Shown here: one piece after another, positions 40,902-50,646 of the stretch
Position numbering within the stretch: position 1 is the stretch's first letter
Layout of the letters: every line of letters begins with the position of its first letter
From: an uncultured Planctomycetaceae bacterium
Lineage (GTDB): Bacteria > Planctomycetota > Planctomycetia > Planctomycetales > Planctomycetaceae
Direction: 5' to 3'
DNA: 64,000 nt
Assembly: GCA_963815195.1 (NCBI GenBank)
Contig: CAWFGE010000018.1
Location: 96,001-160,000, forward strand
Position numbers and translations under genes: made by a program
The notes under the pieces: model-generated
The model's input: the letters and a program-made list of their open reading frames with translations, nothing else
Told to the model about the DNA's origin: nothing
Databases searched by the model: none

Positions 40902-41312
40902 ATGAGCGAAAAACATGTGATGCTGCCTTTTCCCACGCGGGTGGATCAAACATCCACGCTGACCCATTCCCGGCCGGAATTGAAGCGGGTGGGTCTGTTG
41001 ACGCTGATTACGTCGCCCGCCTCGCTGCCGCAACGACTTCGCCCGTTTCGGATTGAAAAGGCCGAGACCATCATCGGCCGAGACGCCGACGCCGATTTGG
41101 TGTTGAATGATCATAGCGTGTCGCGGAAGCACGCCCGGTTGACGCGCCGCAACGGGGAGTTCTATGTGGAGGATCTGGGCAGCAGCAACGGCACGCATGT
41201 GGATGATGTGCCGGTCCTGTTTAGCCTCCTCAAATCGGGAGACCTGGTGCAGATGGGGAAGTTGGCGTTCTGGTTTGATGTGTTGCTCGAGACGCCCTTG
41301 GTATCGGAGTAA
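40902..41312 (+). CDS. FHA-domain protein
   Basis: IIGR, SVSRKHA, DLGSSNGT. Confidence 0.88.
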   Translation: MSEKHVMLPFPTRVDQTSTLTHSRPELKRVGLLTLITSPASLPQRLRPFRIEKAETIIGRDADADLVLNDHSVSRKHARLTRRNGEFYVEDLGSSNGTHVDDVPVLFSLLKSGDLVQMGKLAFWFDVLLETPLVSE

Positions 41313-41315
41313 TTC

Positions 41316-42257
41316 ATGGCGGTCATGTCGGTCCGATTCTGGGGCACGCGCGGTTCCATCCCCACGCCGGGAAGGCGAACCGCGAAATTCGGCGGGAACA
41401 CCACTTGCGTGGAAGTCCGCTACGGCGACACGATCGTCGTCATCGACGCAGGCAGCGGGATTCGCGAATTGAGCCTGAGTTGGCTGGAAGAGTTCGGCAA
41501 ATCGCCCGTCCACGCGACCCTGCTCTTTACGCATTATCATTGGGACCACCTGCAGGGCTTTCCGTTTTTTACCTCGGCCTATATGCCGAATAACACGTTC
41601 GACATCTTCGGGAACACCCCGGAGGACGCGAGCCTCGAAGACATCCTCAGCGGACAGATGCAGGGCGCGTATTTCCCCGTGCCGCTGACGGCGATGCAGG
41701 CCCGGATGAACTTTCATTCCGTGCCGTCCGAGTTTATGATCGGACCGATTCGCGTGAAGACCTTCGGTCTGCCGCATCCCGGCGGGTGCATCGGGTATCG
41801 CCTGGAGGCGGAGAATTCGATTTTCGTGTTCGCGACCGATTCGGAGTTCGATCAGGTGGCCCAAAATGCCGGGGAGATCCAAGCCAACCCGTCGGCGCCG
41901 CGGCAATATCATCCGGATCTGATCGAATTTCTCGAAGGAGCGCACATTCTGGCGGTGGATTGCCAATACACCGACGAGCAATACCAGACCAAAGTGGGCT
42001 GGGGCCACAATTCGCTTTCGACGGTGGTGGATTTGGCCCGGCAGACGAATCCGAAGATGCTGGCCCTTTGCCATCACGATCCGCAAAGCTCGGACGAGGA
42101 TGTGATGCAGTTGATTTCCGAAGCGCGGATCCGGGTCAAAGATCTGGTCCGCGATAATAAGTTGGCCGACGTGCCGATCACCTTCGGCGCCCGGGAAGGC
42201 CAACGCCTGGCGGTGGGACCGCCTTTGTTTCCGCTGCGCTGGGAAGCGCCCGGCTAG
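41316..42257 (+). CDS. Metallo-beta-lactamase-fold hydrolase (phosphodiesterase-like)
   Basis: FWGTRGSIP, GGNTTC, DAGSG, THYHWDH, WGHN, HHDP. Confidence 0.88.
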   Translation: MAVMSVRFWGTRGSIPTPGRRTAKFGGNTTCVEVRYGDTIVVIDAGSGIRELSLSWLEEFGKSPVHATLLFTHYHWDHLQGFPFFTSAYMPNNTFDIFGNTPEDASLEDILSGQMQGAYFPVPLTAMQARMNFHSVPSEFMIGPIRVKTFGLPHPGGCIGYRLEAENSIFVFATDSEFDQVAQNAGEIQANPSAPRQYHPDLIEFLEGAHILAVDCQYTDEQYQTKVGWGHNSLSTVVDLARQTNPKMLALCHHDPQSSDEDVMQLISEARIRVKDLVRDNKLADVPITFGAREGQRLAVGPPLFPLRWEAPG

Positions 42258-42308
42258 GGAACCTCATCAGTTAATTCCGCGTGCGAAATCTTCTGCGATT
42301 TCTGGTTC

Positions 42309-42461
42309 AAATCCGAAGCGCGAAATCCGAAGCAAATTCAAAATCAGAATGTCCCAAACAAATCGCTCTGATAAAAATCACAACCCTCGCCTAGGTTTTG
42401 GATATTGGAAATTCGGTCATTGGAATTTGTTTCGGATTTCGAGATTCGGATTTCGGATTTT
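42309..42461. repeat. Imperfect long inverted repeat built of aatccga/tcggatt heptamers, family C copy 1
   Basis: Left arm aaatccgaagcgcgaaatccgaagcaaattc; right arm gaatttgtttcggatttcgagattcggatttcggatttt. Confidence 0.8.
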
Positions 42462-42509
42462 CGCCCCGATCAGCACGGCCGCGTTTTGACCCTAAAATGA
42501 ATGTGAACC

Positions 42510-43748
42510 ATGTCTTCCGACAAGCCAGAGTCCGATGAGATTCGCCTTCCACCGGAGGAGGCGTTCCCCGGCTTGCCGCAAGATCCCGACAAGACCTGGG
42601 TTCCCGACGAAACGGTCGCCGGCTTGCCGATCGATCCCGAAAAGACGTGGGTGCCGGACGAGCGGGAGTTTTCCATCCTCCGAGATTTGGAAAGCACGAC
42701 CGGCTATCCCCCGGAGACAGAACCGGGCTCCATTTCGGCCTCAACGTCGGCCGCGGACGTTGAAGAGGATGACGACGACGACCGGCCGCCCGCCGAATCC
42801 GAACCGCCGCCGCGGCTGTTTGGCGATTACGAGCTTTTGGAAAAAGTGGGGGCCGGCGGGATGGGCACGGTGTATAAGGCCCATCATCTCCGGCTGGACC
42901 GGATTGTGGCGCTCAAGACGCTCAAAGGCAAAACGGCCCAGGCCGAACGCGAGGTCGAACGCTTCGTGCGGGAAGCCAAAGCCGCCGCCCGACTGGATCA
43001 TCCAAATATCGTCACCTGCCACGAGTTCGGCGAGTTTGCCGGCTGGCATTACATCGCGATGGCGTATGTGGAAGGCGAATCGCTGCATCAACGGCTGGCC
43101 CGCGGCCCGCTGGAACCGATGGAGGCCGCGAAACTCGTGCACTCGCTCGCGGCGGCCGTGGCCCATGCCCACGAACAAAACGTCATCCACCGCGACATCA
43201 AACCCGGCAACGTCATCCTGGGAAAAGACGGCAGGCCCCGGCTGACCGACTTCGGCATTGCTAAAATCATCAGCCGCACGAACACGCCCATCATAGCCAG
43301 CCAACTCACGCAGGTCGGCCAGGCCTTGGGAACGCCCGGTTACATGGCTCCAGAGCAATCCGCGGGCCGGCGGTGGGAAGTCGGGCCGTCGGCGGACATT
43401 TACGGTTTGGGGGGCGTGCTGCACGCCGCGCTGACCGGTTCGCATCCCGGCCATCCCGATTCCTTTGACACGCTCCCGCAGGACATTCCCCCGGCCCTTC
43501 AATCCATTTGCGACCACTGCCTGGCCTACCGCCCGCAAGATCGCTACGCGACGGCCGGCGAGTTGGAGAAAGCTCTGGGCGCCTATCTCAGCGAAGTCAG
43601 CGGCGTGGCGTCCCAACTCCCGCCGCCGAAAAAAGAAGTCACCATCCGACTGCCGGAGATGACTCTCAAACTGGACAAGCAAAAAATCTTCTTGGGCCTC
43701 TTGCTCGCGGCGATTATCGCGGCGACCGCGGTGCTGCTGAATCAATGA
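42510..43748 (+). CDS. Hanks-type Ser/Thr protein kinase with C-terminal TM anchor
   Basis: GAGGMG, VALK, HRDIKPGN, DFG, GTPGYMAPE; C-terminal hydrophobic helix. Confidence 0.92.
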   Translation: MSSDKPESDEIRLPPEEAFPGLPQDPDKTWVPDETVAGLPIDPEKTWVPDEREFSILRDLESTTGYPPETEPGSISASTSAADVEEDDDDDRPPAESEPPPRLFGDYELLEKVGAGGMGTVYKAHHLRLDRIVALKTLKGKTAQAEREVERFVREAKAAARLDHPNIVTCHEFGEFAGWHYIAMAYVEGESLHQRLARGPLEPMEAAKLVHSLAAAVAHAHEQNVIHRDIKPGNVILGKDGRPRLTDFGIAKIISRTNTPIIASQLTQVGQALGTPGYMAPEQSAGRRWEVGPSADIYGLGGVLHAALTGSHPGHPDSFDTLPQDIPPALQSICDHCLAYRPQDRYATAGELEKALGAYLSEVSGVASQLPPPKKEVTIRLPEMTLKLDKQKIFLGLLLAAIIAATAVLLNQ

Positions 43749-43769
43749 AATGGATAACCGGTCAAGCCG

Positions 43770-44907
43770 TCAATTGCTGGTTTCCTTGGCCTTTGCTTTG
43801 TCCTTCTTCTTCGCCTTTTCCGCTTCTTTGGCGTCGTCTTCTGCCGAGACGAGTTTCACGAAGGACGGTTTTTCGAGGGAGTACCGCGTGGTCCAGGATT
43901 TGTGCTCGACGAGGCATTGGACGCGGGGATCCACCCAAACCGCCTGCTTGAAGGGCACGCCGCTTGGGAGATAGCAGGCGGAGCGTTCCGGCAAGTCTTT
44001 GAGTGCCTGGAGCAGCTCGGGGCGGTTTTCTTCGGGCACATCCGGCTGGGAAAGCACGCCGACGTAGGCCAGCCGCCCGCGCGGAGCCGACGCCAGGATC
44101 ACCGTGGATAACTCGCCCTTCTCGGTGAGGGTGTATCCAATGATGACGCAGCGCGTCTCGAGGATTTGGGCGTCCGGAACATCGAGCGGGTTTTCTCCCA
44201 CAAACTCCTGGACGCGCCTTTTCGGTGTCTTCCTCGTCGGTTTTTTTCTCCTTCGCCTTTTTGACGATTTCCTGCACCACGTTCGGGCCTTCGGGCTTTT
44301 CAACTCCCCAATCTTCAAACAGGGCGTCAAACTCGAATCCGCCGACAACGAACAACGCCGCGAAGATCGCGACCGTGCCCCAAATCATAAAGCACACCCG
44401 CCGCGCGCCTTCGGGCAGCCGGTGAAAAGTCGGCTTCCAGATTTCCACAGGCTTCATAAAGAAATCGAAGGGACCGAATTTGTCGGTGAGACAGGCGGCG
44501 AACAAATACGCCGATCCGTGGGCAATGCTCGCCACGATGAATCCCAGGGAGAACTCCACCAGCGTCGCCAGCGTCCTATGGGACGGCTTCTCCAAGACAA
44601 ACCGCAAGCCGAGATTGACCAACAGCACCAGAATCACTCCCGCAAACGCCCCCCACGCCCAAGGCGGGATCGCTTCCCACAAATTGGTCGGCCCGTCGTC
44701 GGCGGATTCCCATGCGGCCCGATTCGCTTGGGCCTCGGCATTCGCATCTTCGGCGGACTTGAGCGATGTGCCGCCGAGGGCCGGGTAATATCCGCAACTC
44801 GGACACCAGGACGAGACGCCCCAGGGTTCCACCGACCCGCAATTGGGGCAGCCTTCAGGAGCGGGAACATCGGCGGCGGGAACATCGGCAATGGGAGAGC
44901 TGCTCAT
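43770..44907 (-). CDS. Zn-ribbon + 3-TM + ATP-dependent-DNA-ligase-like OB-fold protein; frameshift near 44215
   Basis: CPNC..CPSC, three hydrophobic helices, then (after frameshift) CVIIGYT..VILA..LAYVG..WVDPRVQCLVEHKSWT..LEKPSF. Confidence 0.6.
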
Positions 44908-45159
44908 GGGAGTTCGTCCGTATCGATTCTGACGAATAATAGGTCCGTGAGACGCAAAGCCGGCAGGCTTTCCCAATAGCATAGGGCACAAACACAACGC
45001 GGGACGCGGAATTTTCCCGCAGCCTCGAAAGAAATTCCCCCATGTGAAGCTCGATTCAATTTGCGACAATTTCGATGGGGTCGTTGACGCCGGGCACCCG
45101 GGTTTGTAGGCTCACGAAGAGTTGGTTTGCCCACGGCCGGCAAACTCCCACCGGTAATG

Positions 45160-45195
45160 AAGCCCTCAGGCGCCCCCCGTGCCGAGGGCTTTTTT
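45160..45195 (+). terminator. Intrinsic-terminator-like hairpin just upstream of ppsA
   Basis: aagccctc..ggc / gccgagggct stem followed by a T-tract. Confidence 0.5.
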
Positions 45196-45218
45196 CGTGG
45201 CTTTTGCGGAGAGAGACG

Positions 45219-47609
45219 ATGACGGATTTCATTCGCTGGTTTGAGAACATTGGCATCGATGATGTGCCCGACGTGGGCGGCAAAAACGCTTCGCTCGGCG
45301 AGATGTACCGGGAGCTTTCCGAGAAGGGCATCCGCATTCCCAACGGCTTTGCCGTGACCGCAACCGCGTATCGGCATTTCCTCGAGGAGACCGGCTTGGA
45401 CCGGCGGATTCCCGACATCCTGGCGGGTCTCGACACAGAGAACATCGCCAACCTCCAAGAGCGCGGCCGGGCGGTGCGGGACGCCATCGTCGCCGCGGAG
45501 TTCCCGCAGGATCTGCGGGAGGCGATCGCCAAGGCTTACGAACAACTCGGCGAAGGCCGATCGGTGGACGTGGCCGTCCGCTCGAGCGCGACCGCGGAAG
45601 ACCTGCCCGATGCCAGCTTTGCCGGGCAGCAGGAAACGTATCTCAATGTCGAGGGCAAGCGGGCGGTGCTGGAAACTTGCCGGCGGTGTTTCGCGTCGCT
45701 GTTTACCGACCGCGCGATTTCCTACCGCGTCGATCGAGGCTTCGATCATGCCCAGATCGCCCTCTCGATCGGCGTGCAGCGGATGGTGCGGTCTGATCTC
45801 GCCACGTCGGGCGTGATGTTCTCGATCGACACCGAGACCGGCTTCCGCGATGCGGTGCTCATCAATGCCGCCTACGGCTTGGGCGAAAACGTGGTGCAAG
45901 GGGCCGTCAATCCCGACGAGATTTACGTCTTCAAGCCCACGCTCAAAACCGGGCATCGGCCGATTTTGCAAAAGCGGATGGGCAACAAGGAATTCAAACT
46001 GGTTTACGATCTGGGCGGCGGGAGGATGACCAAAAACGTCCCCGTCCCGCCTGGCGACCGCGAGCGGTTTTGTGTGAGCGATGACGACATCCTCACCCTC
46101 GCCAAATGGGCCTCGGACATCGAAGACCATTACTCGGCCAAGCGCGGGCATCTCGTGCCGATGGACATGGAATGGGCCAAGGACGGAAAGACCGGCGAAC
46201 TGTTCATCGTCCAAGCCCGGCCGGAAACCGTGCAGTCCCAAAAGAAGTTGGATCGGCTGGAAACCTTCGAATTGAAAAGCAAAAGCCAAGTGCTGGCCGA
46301 AGGGCGGGCCGTGGGCGAACGCATCGGTCGCGGGAAGGTGCGGGTGATTGAAAGCGCCGCCCACCTGGGGGACTTTCAGGCCGGCGAAGTCCTCGTCACC
46401 GACCGCACCGACCCCGATTGGGAGCCGACCATGAAAAAAGCCGCGGCCATCGTCACCAACCGCGGCGGCCGAACCTGCCACGCGGCGATCGTCAGCCGGG
46501 AGTTGGGCTTGCCCGCCATCGTCGGCACGCTGACCGGCACGGAGGATCTCCAGACCGGCCAGGAAGTGACGGTTTCGTGTGCCGAGGGCGATACGGGGTT
46601 CGTGTATGAGGGTCTCTTGGATTACGACCACCGCGAAATGGAAATCGACACCCAAAACCGCCCGAAGACCAAAATCATGATGAACGTCGCCAACCCGGAA
46701 GAGGCGTTTCGGCTGTCGTTTATTCCCTCAGACGGGGTCGGCCTGGCCCGCGAGGAATTCATCGTCACGAACTCCATCCAGGTCCACCCCTTGGCGCTCT
46801 TGGAATACGACAAACTCGAAGATCCACAGGCCAAACAAAAAATCGATGAGATCACGATGGGCTTCGAGGACAAGGCGGAGTTCTTCGTCGAGCGGCTCGC
46901 CGAGGGCATCGGCATGCTGGCGGCGGCGTTTTATCCGCGGGACGTGATTCTCCGCGTGAGCGATTTTAAGACCAACGAATACGCCGGACTCGTCGGCGGC
47001 GAGAAATACGAACCCCACGAGGAAAACCCCATGCTCGGCTTTCGCGGAGCCTCCAGGTATTACAACGACCGCTACCGCGCGGGGTTTGCCCTCGAATGCC
47101 GGGCCATCAAAAAGGTCCGCGACGAGATGGGGCTGAATAACTTGAAAGTGATGATTCCCTTCTGCCGGACGGTGGAAGAAGGCCGCAAGGTGCTTAGCGA
47201 GATGGAATCGCACGGCCTCAAGCAAGGCGAGAACGGCTTGGAGGTTTACGTGATGTGCGAAATTCCGAGCAACGTGATTCTCGCCGACGACTTCGCCGAC
47301 GTGTTCGACGGGTTTTCCATCGGCTCGAACGATCTGACGCAATTGATTTTGGGCGTGGATCGCGATTCGGAAATCGTGGCAAACCTGTTCGACGAGCGAA
47401 ACCCCGCCGTGACGCGGATGATCGCCCAGGTCATCCAGTCCGCCAAGGCCAAGGGCCGGAAGATCGGCATCTGCGGCCAGGCGCCCAGCGACTACCCCGA
47501 GTTCGCGGAGTTCCTGGTGGAGCAAGGCATCGACAGCATCTCGCTGAACCCCGACACGGTGCTGAAAACGACGCGGACCATCCTGGAAAAAGAACGCCAA
47601 ATGGCTTGA
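45219..47609 (+). CDS. ppsA: Phosphoenolpyruvate synthase (pyruvate, water dikinase)
   Basis: VGGKNASLGEM, AVRSSATAEDLP, GGRTCHAAIVSRELG, EENPMLGFRGA, SIGSNDLTQ. Confidence 0.96.
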   Translation: MTDFIRWFENIGIDDVPDVGGKNASLGEMYRELSEKGIRIPNGFAVTATAYRHFLEETGLDRRIPDILAGLDTENIANLQERGRAVRDAIVAAEFPQDLREAIAKAYEQLGEGRSVDVAVRSSATAEDLPDASFAGQQETYLNVEGKRAVLETCRRCFASLFTDRAISYRVDRGFDHAQIALSIGVQRMVRSDLATSGVMFSIDTETGFRDAVLINAAYGLGENVVQGAVNPDEIYVFKPTLKTGHRPILQKRMGNKEFKLVYDLGGGRMTKNVPVPPGDRERFCVSDDDILTLAKWASDIEDHYSAKRGHLVPMDMEWAKDGKTGELFIVQARPETVQSQKKLDRLETFELKSKSQVLAEGRAVGERIGRGKVRVIESAAHLGDFQAGEVLVTDRTDPDWEPTMKKAAAIVTNRGGRTCHAAIVSRELGLPAIVGTLTGTEDLQTGQEVTVSCAEGDTGFVYEGLLDYDHREMEIDTQNRPKTKIMMNVANPEEAFRLSFIPSDGVGLAREEFIVTNSIQVHPLALLEYDKLEDPQAKQKIDEITMGFEDKAEFFVERLAEGIGMLAAAFYPRDVILRVSDFKTNEYAGLVGGEKYEPHEENPMLGFRGASRYYNDRYRAGFALECRAIKKVRDEMGLNNLKVMIPFCRTVEEGRKVLSEMESHGLKQGENGLEVYVMCEIPSNVILADDFADVFDGFSIGSNDLTQLILGVDRDSEIVANLFDERNPAVTRMIAQVIQSAKAKGRKIGICGQAPSDYPEFAEFLVEQGIDSISLNPDTVLKTTRTILEKERQMA

Positions 47610-47721
47610 GGCAGAGGCCGAGTTCCTAATAAAGCAGAGCCGCTTCCGGATGAAAGCGGCTCTGTTGGGATGGGTTTTGTGCCGAGTGAAAGAATCACTC
47701 AAGGAATGATTGTCGCATTCC

Positions 47722-47783
47722 TCAGCCGCCGGGCGCTCGCCCCGGTTTGCCGGGCCAACCGGACGCCATCGCGTTCCGGCTGA
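47722..47783. repeat. REP-like palindromic element, family A
   Basis: tcagccgccgggcgctcgccccggtt..aaccggacgc..gcgttccggctga. Confidence 0.7.
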
Positions 47784-47806
47784 TAAGGATTTCTCTCCAC
47801 GCGTGC

Positions 47807-48544
47807 TCAGGGGGCCGGGATTTCGACGGCGGGCTTGGGCACGAGCAGGTCTTCGAGCAGCGGATAGCCTTCGACTGGGAGCGCGTTGGAAGAGTCGATG
47901 ATCGGAGCGGGCGGGAAGAAGGTCCGCGCGTAGGCCACGTTGTAGGGCGCGCGGGGGTCGTCGCCGATTTGCTCCGCGAACGCCGCATCCGGAGCGACGT
48001 GCGTGAAATTGTACGGCCGGAAGTAATAATATCCGTGATACACGGGCGGGTAGGGATAGTGGGGATAAAAGTCGCCGGGGCCGGTGCAGTAGGTCAGCAG
48101 GCAGCGATCCCAGCAACAAAGATGGCAATCATCGTCGCAATCGTCGCAATCATCATGTAACCACGGACACAATCGGCGCAAGCAGCACCGCCGGCAGTGG
48201 CATGACCGGCCGTGCCCGCATCCGCCTGCGCCGTTTTGGCACCCTGCATTCTTGCCGCTCAGGCATCCGGCCCCGGTTTGTTGGCAGCCGGCGTTCTGGC
48301 AGCCGGCGTTTTTCGCACAGGCGGTTTGACCGGTGGTTTGGCAGCCGGCGGTTTGACTGCAGGCGGTTTGACTGCAGGATTCAACGGCGGTGCTGGTGCA
48401 GGTGACATTTTTTTCCGGGCAGAGGCCGTTCGCCTGCTGGACCGGAGCCTGCGCCGCGAGTTCGGCGGTCCCCTCGGCCGTGACCGCCTGCGGATTCGCC
48501 CCCAAGAGAGCGGCACCGACGATTGTAATCGACAAAATGGACAT
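47807..48544 (-). CDS. Secreted Cys-rich repeat protein
   Basis: GAGGA RBS, signal peptide, 23 Cys, (Q/N)(T/A)(A/G)C-type repeats, Tyr/Pro-rich tail. Confidence 0.7.
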   Translation of the reverse strand: MSILSITIVGAALLGANPQAVTAEGTAELAAQAPVQQANGLCPEKNVTCTSTAVESCSQTACSQTAGCQTTGQTACAKNAGCQNAGCQQTGAGCLSGKNAGCQNGAGGCGHGRSCHCRRCCLRRLCPWLHDDCDDCDDDCHLCCWDRCLLTYCTGPGDFYPHYPYPPVYHGYYYFRPYNFTHVAPDAAFAEQIGDDPRAPYNVAYARTFFPPAPIIDSSNALPVEGYPLLEDLLVPKPAVEIPAP

Positions 48545-48885
48545 GTCCTCATCTCCTCATTCTGCTCGCCGAACACAGCCGTTTGCGATGGTCTCAGCCG
48601 GGCGAGCGGGCACTTCCGCTCAATACGTCCTCCGCCACACGCGGCGAAAATCTGTCTATTCCTCAGATCGGTTAGAATTGCTCCGGGAATTCGGCATTGA
48701 AACCATGCTGCTTAAAATCACCGCAACCGTCACAAGCGGATTCGGCGAAGTCGCCGGAAAATGTTCGCCCCTTTGGAAATCGGCATCGGATTTGCAGGTC
48801 CATTCGCACATTTGGCGGGGATTGAGTTAAGATCAGACGAAATCCGGAATTTTTGCGGGTGGTAATTCTCCGAAACGAGGTGGAC

Positions 48886-50463
48886 ATGAAACGGCAATGG
48901 AGCACGGTCTTGGGTTGGAAGTGGTGTGCGGTTCCCCTCCTCGGATGGGCCGTTTCGCTTTGCGGCTGCGGCGACGGATTTGAGTTGATGGACGTCAATT
49001 TTCAGAATCCCGCCCCCGCCCAACAGCCCAATCAACAGCCGCCGCAAAAAGAACTGAACCGTCCGCTCTTGCGGGAGCTTCGCAAGTACGCGGAGCAGGC
49101 GAACGACTTCGGCGACCTGGGGGCCGACCAAAACGACGTGCTGAAGCAGTTGGACGCAGCCGACAAGGTGCTGACGCGGATCCACGAAGAAAACCGGATC
49201 GCTTTGGCCAACGCGAACCGGCGGGCCCCAAGTCTGCCCGCGGGCCGGACGCCGAATCTCGTGATGATTGTCGCACCGCGGCTTGGGGTCAGCGATTTGG
49301 GCTCCTACGGTCAAACGAAAATCCCCACGCCGAACTTGGACCGCCTGGCCGCGGAGGGCGTGCTCTTGACCGATTTTTATGCCGGCGGCCCGACGGCCGC
49401 GTCTTCCCAATGGGCCCTCCAGACCGGCTGGACCACCTCGCGAAGCCACGACGATTTGCGGATCAAGGAAAACACGACCACGCTCGCGGGCATGCTCTGG
49501 CGCGGCGGCTATCACACGGCGTTTTTCGGCATGTGGTACGGCCCGGACAACGCGGCGAAAGCCGACGTTCCGTCCGCCCACGGCTACGATGAATGGGTGG
49601 GACAACTCCACGCCAAAGACGCCCAAACGGCATTTCCCAAGATGATGTGGGTCAACGATCAACACGTCCAAATTCCTGAAGAGAAGGGAAAAGAGCCCCT
49701 CTCCGCCGGGGATTTGATCGTGCGGGCGGCCATCAAGGAGTTGGAAGAGCAGGCCCAAAGCCTCCGCGGGCCCCGGCCGCTGTTCATGATGGTCGTCTTG
49801 CCGCCTTATCTCGACATGGCGGCCGATTTCGCCGACAAGGAACTCTCCAAAGATACCGATTGGCCGGCCGCCGCCCAAAGCTACGGGGCCGCCGTCCGCA
49901 TGACCGACCGCGACGTCGGCCTGATTCATGCGGCCATCGACCGGCTGGGCCTGGCGAGCACCACCAGCGTCTACTTCACCGCACTCACCGGAGCCGACGT
50001 GGTCCACGCGAAGGCCCTCGAGTACTTCCGCAGCACCGGCCACTTCCGCACGCACGACTCGAAGTTGGGCGAAGGCAATTTGCGGGTGCCGTTCATCGCG
50101 GCGTTTCCCCCCGTGTTTCGTGCCGGCCTGCGGGACTCCCATCCCGCGGCTTTGTGGGACGTATTCCCCACGTTTGCGGAACTGACGCTGACGCAAGTCT
50201 ACCGCAGGCAATTGGACGGCGTGTCGTTCGCCTGGACGCTGAAAACCGGCCGCGAAATCCCGCCGCATCTCTTGTATTGGGAGACCGCGGGAGCCAAAGC
50301 CCAGGCGGTTCGCTTGGGACCGTGGAAAGGCCTTCGCCCGGCCGGTTCCGACACGTTGTTCTTGTACAACCTCCCCGCCGACCCCGGCGAAACGAACGAC
50401 GTTGCCAAAGAACACCCGGAGACCGTGGAAAAACTGATCGTGCCGCCCCAACGTCCTCGGTAA
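48886..50463 (+). CDS. Sulfatase-fold lipoprotein lacking catalytic motifs
   Basis: Sulfatase scaffold (PNLVMI, DLGSYG, IPTPNLDRLAAEG, EGNLRVPFI, LYNLPADPGE); LCGC lipobox-like; no DD or CxPxR. Confidence 0.8.
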   Translation: MKRQWSTVLGWKWCAVPLLGWAVSLCGCGDGFELMDVNFQNPAPAQQPNQQPPQKELNRPLLRELRKYAEQANDFGDLGADQNDVLKQLDAADKVLTRIHEENRIALANANRRAPSLPAGRTPNLVMIVAPRLGVSDLGSYGQTKIPTPNLDRLAAEGVLLTDFYAGGPTAASSQWALQTGWTTSRSHDDLRIKENTTTLAGMLWRGGYHTAFFGMWYGPDNAAKADVPSAHGYDEWVGQLHAKDAQTAFPKMMWVNDQHVQIPEEKGKEPLSAGDLIVRAAIKELEEQAQSLRGPRPLFMMVVLPPYLDMAADFADKELSKDTDWPAAAQSYGAAVRMTDRDVGLIHAAIDRLGLASTTSVYFTALTGADVVHAKALEYFRSTGHFRTHDSKLGEGNLRVPFIAAFPPVFRAGLRDSHPAALWDVFPTFAELTLTQVYRRQLDGVSFAWTLKTGREIPPHLLYWETAGAKAQAVRLGPWKGLRPAGSDTLFLYNLPADPGETNDVAKEHPETVEKLIVPPQRPR

Positions 50464-50472
50464 TGCGGATCA

Positions 50473-50525
50473 GCATTCGCAAGCGAGGGAATTCGTTTGA
50501 AATCCCTCGCTTGCCCTTCGGGCTA
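50473..50525. repeat. REP-like hairpin between convergent genes
   Basis: gcaagcgagggga ... tccctcgcttgc stem. Confidence 0.6.
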
Positions 50526-50646
50526 AATCGAGTCAGAGTGTATTTGTGCTTAATCGGCCGACGGGTTGGTTCCCGCCTTGCCGGTTCGGAAATGATTCCC
50601 CCCGTTTACATCTCCGCGCGCGGGATGTTTCCAGCCGGCACCAGCA

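Noticed and set aside
44950..44970. gacgcaaagcc resembling part of a c-di-GMP-I riboswitch
   Set aside because: Upstream GGCAAA/GNRA P2 stem is missing and no matching P1 could be built
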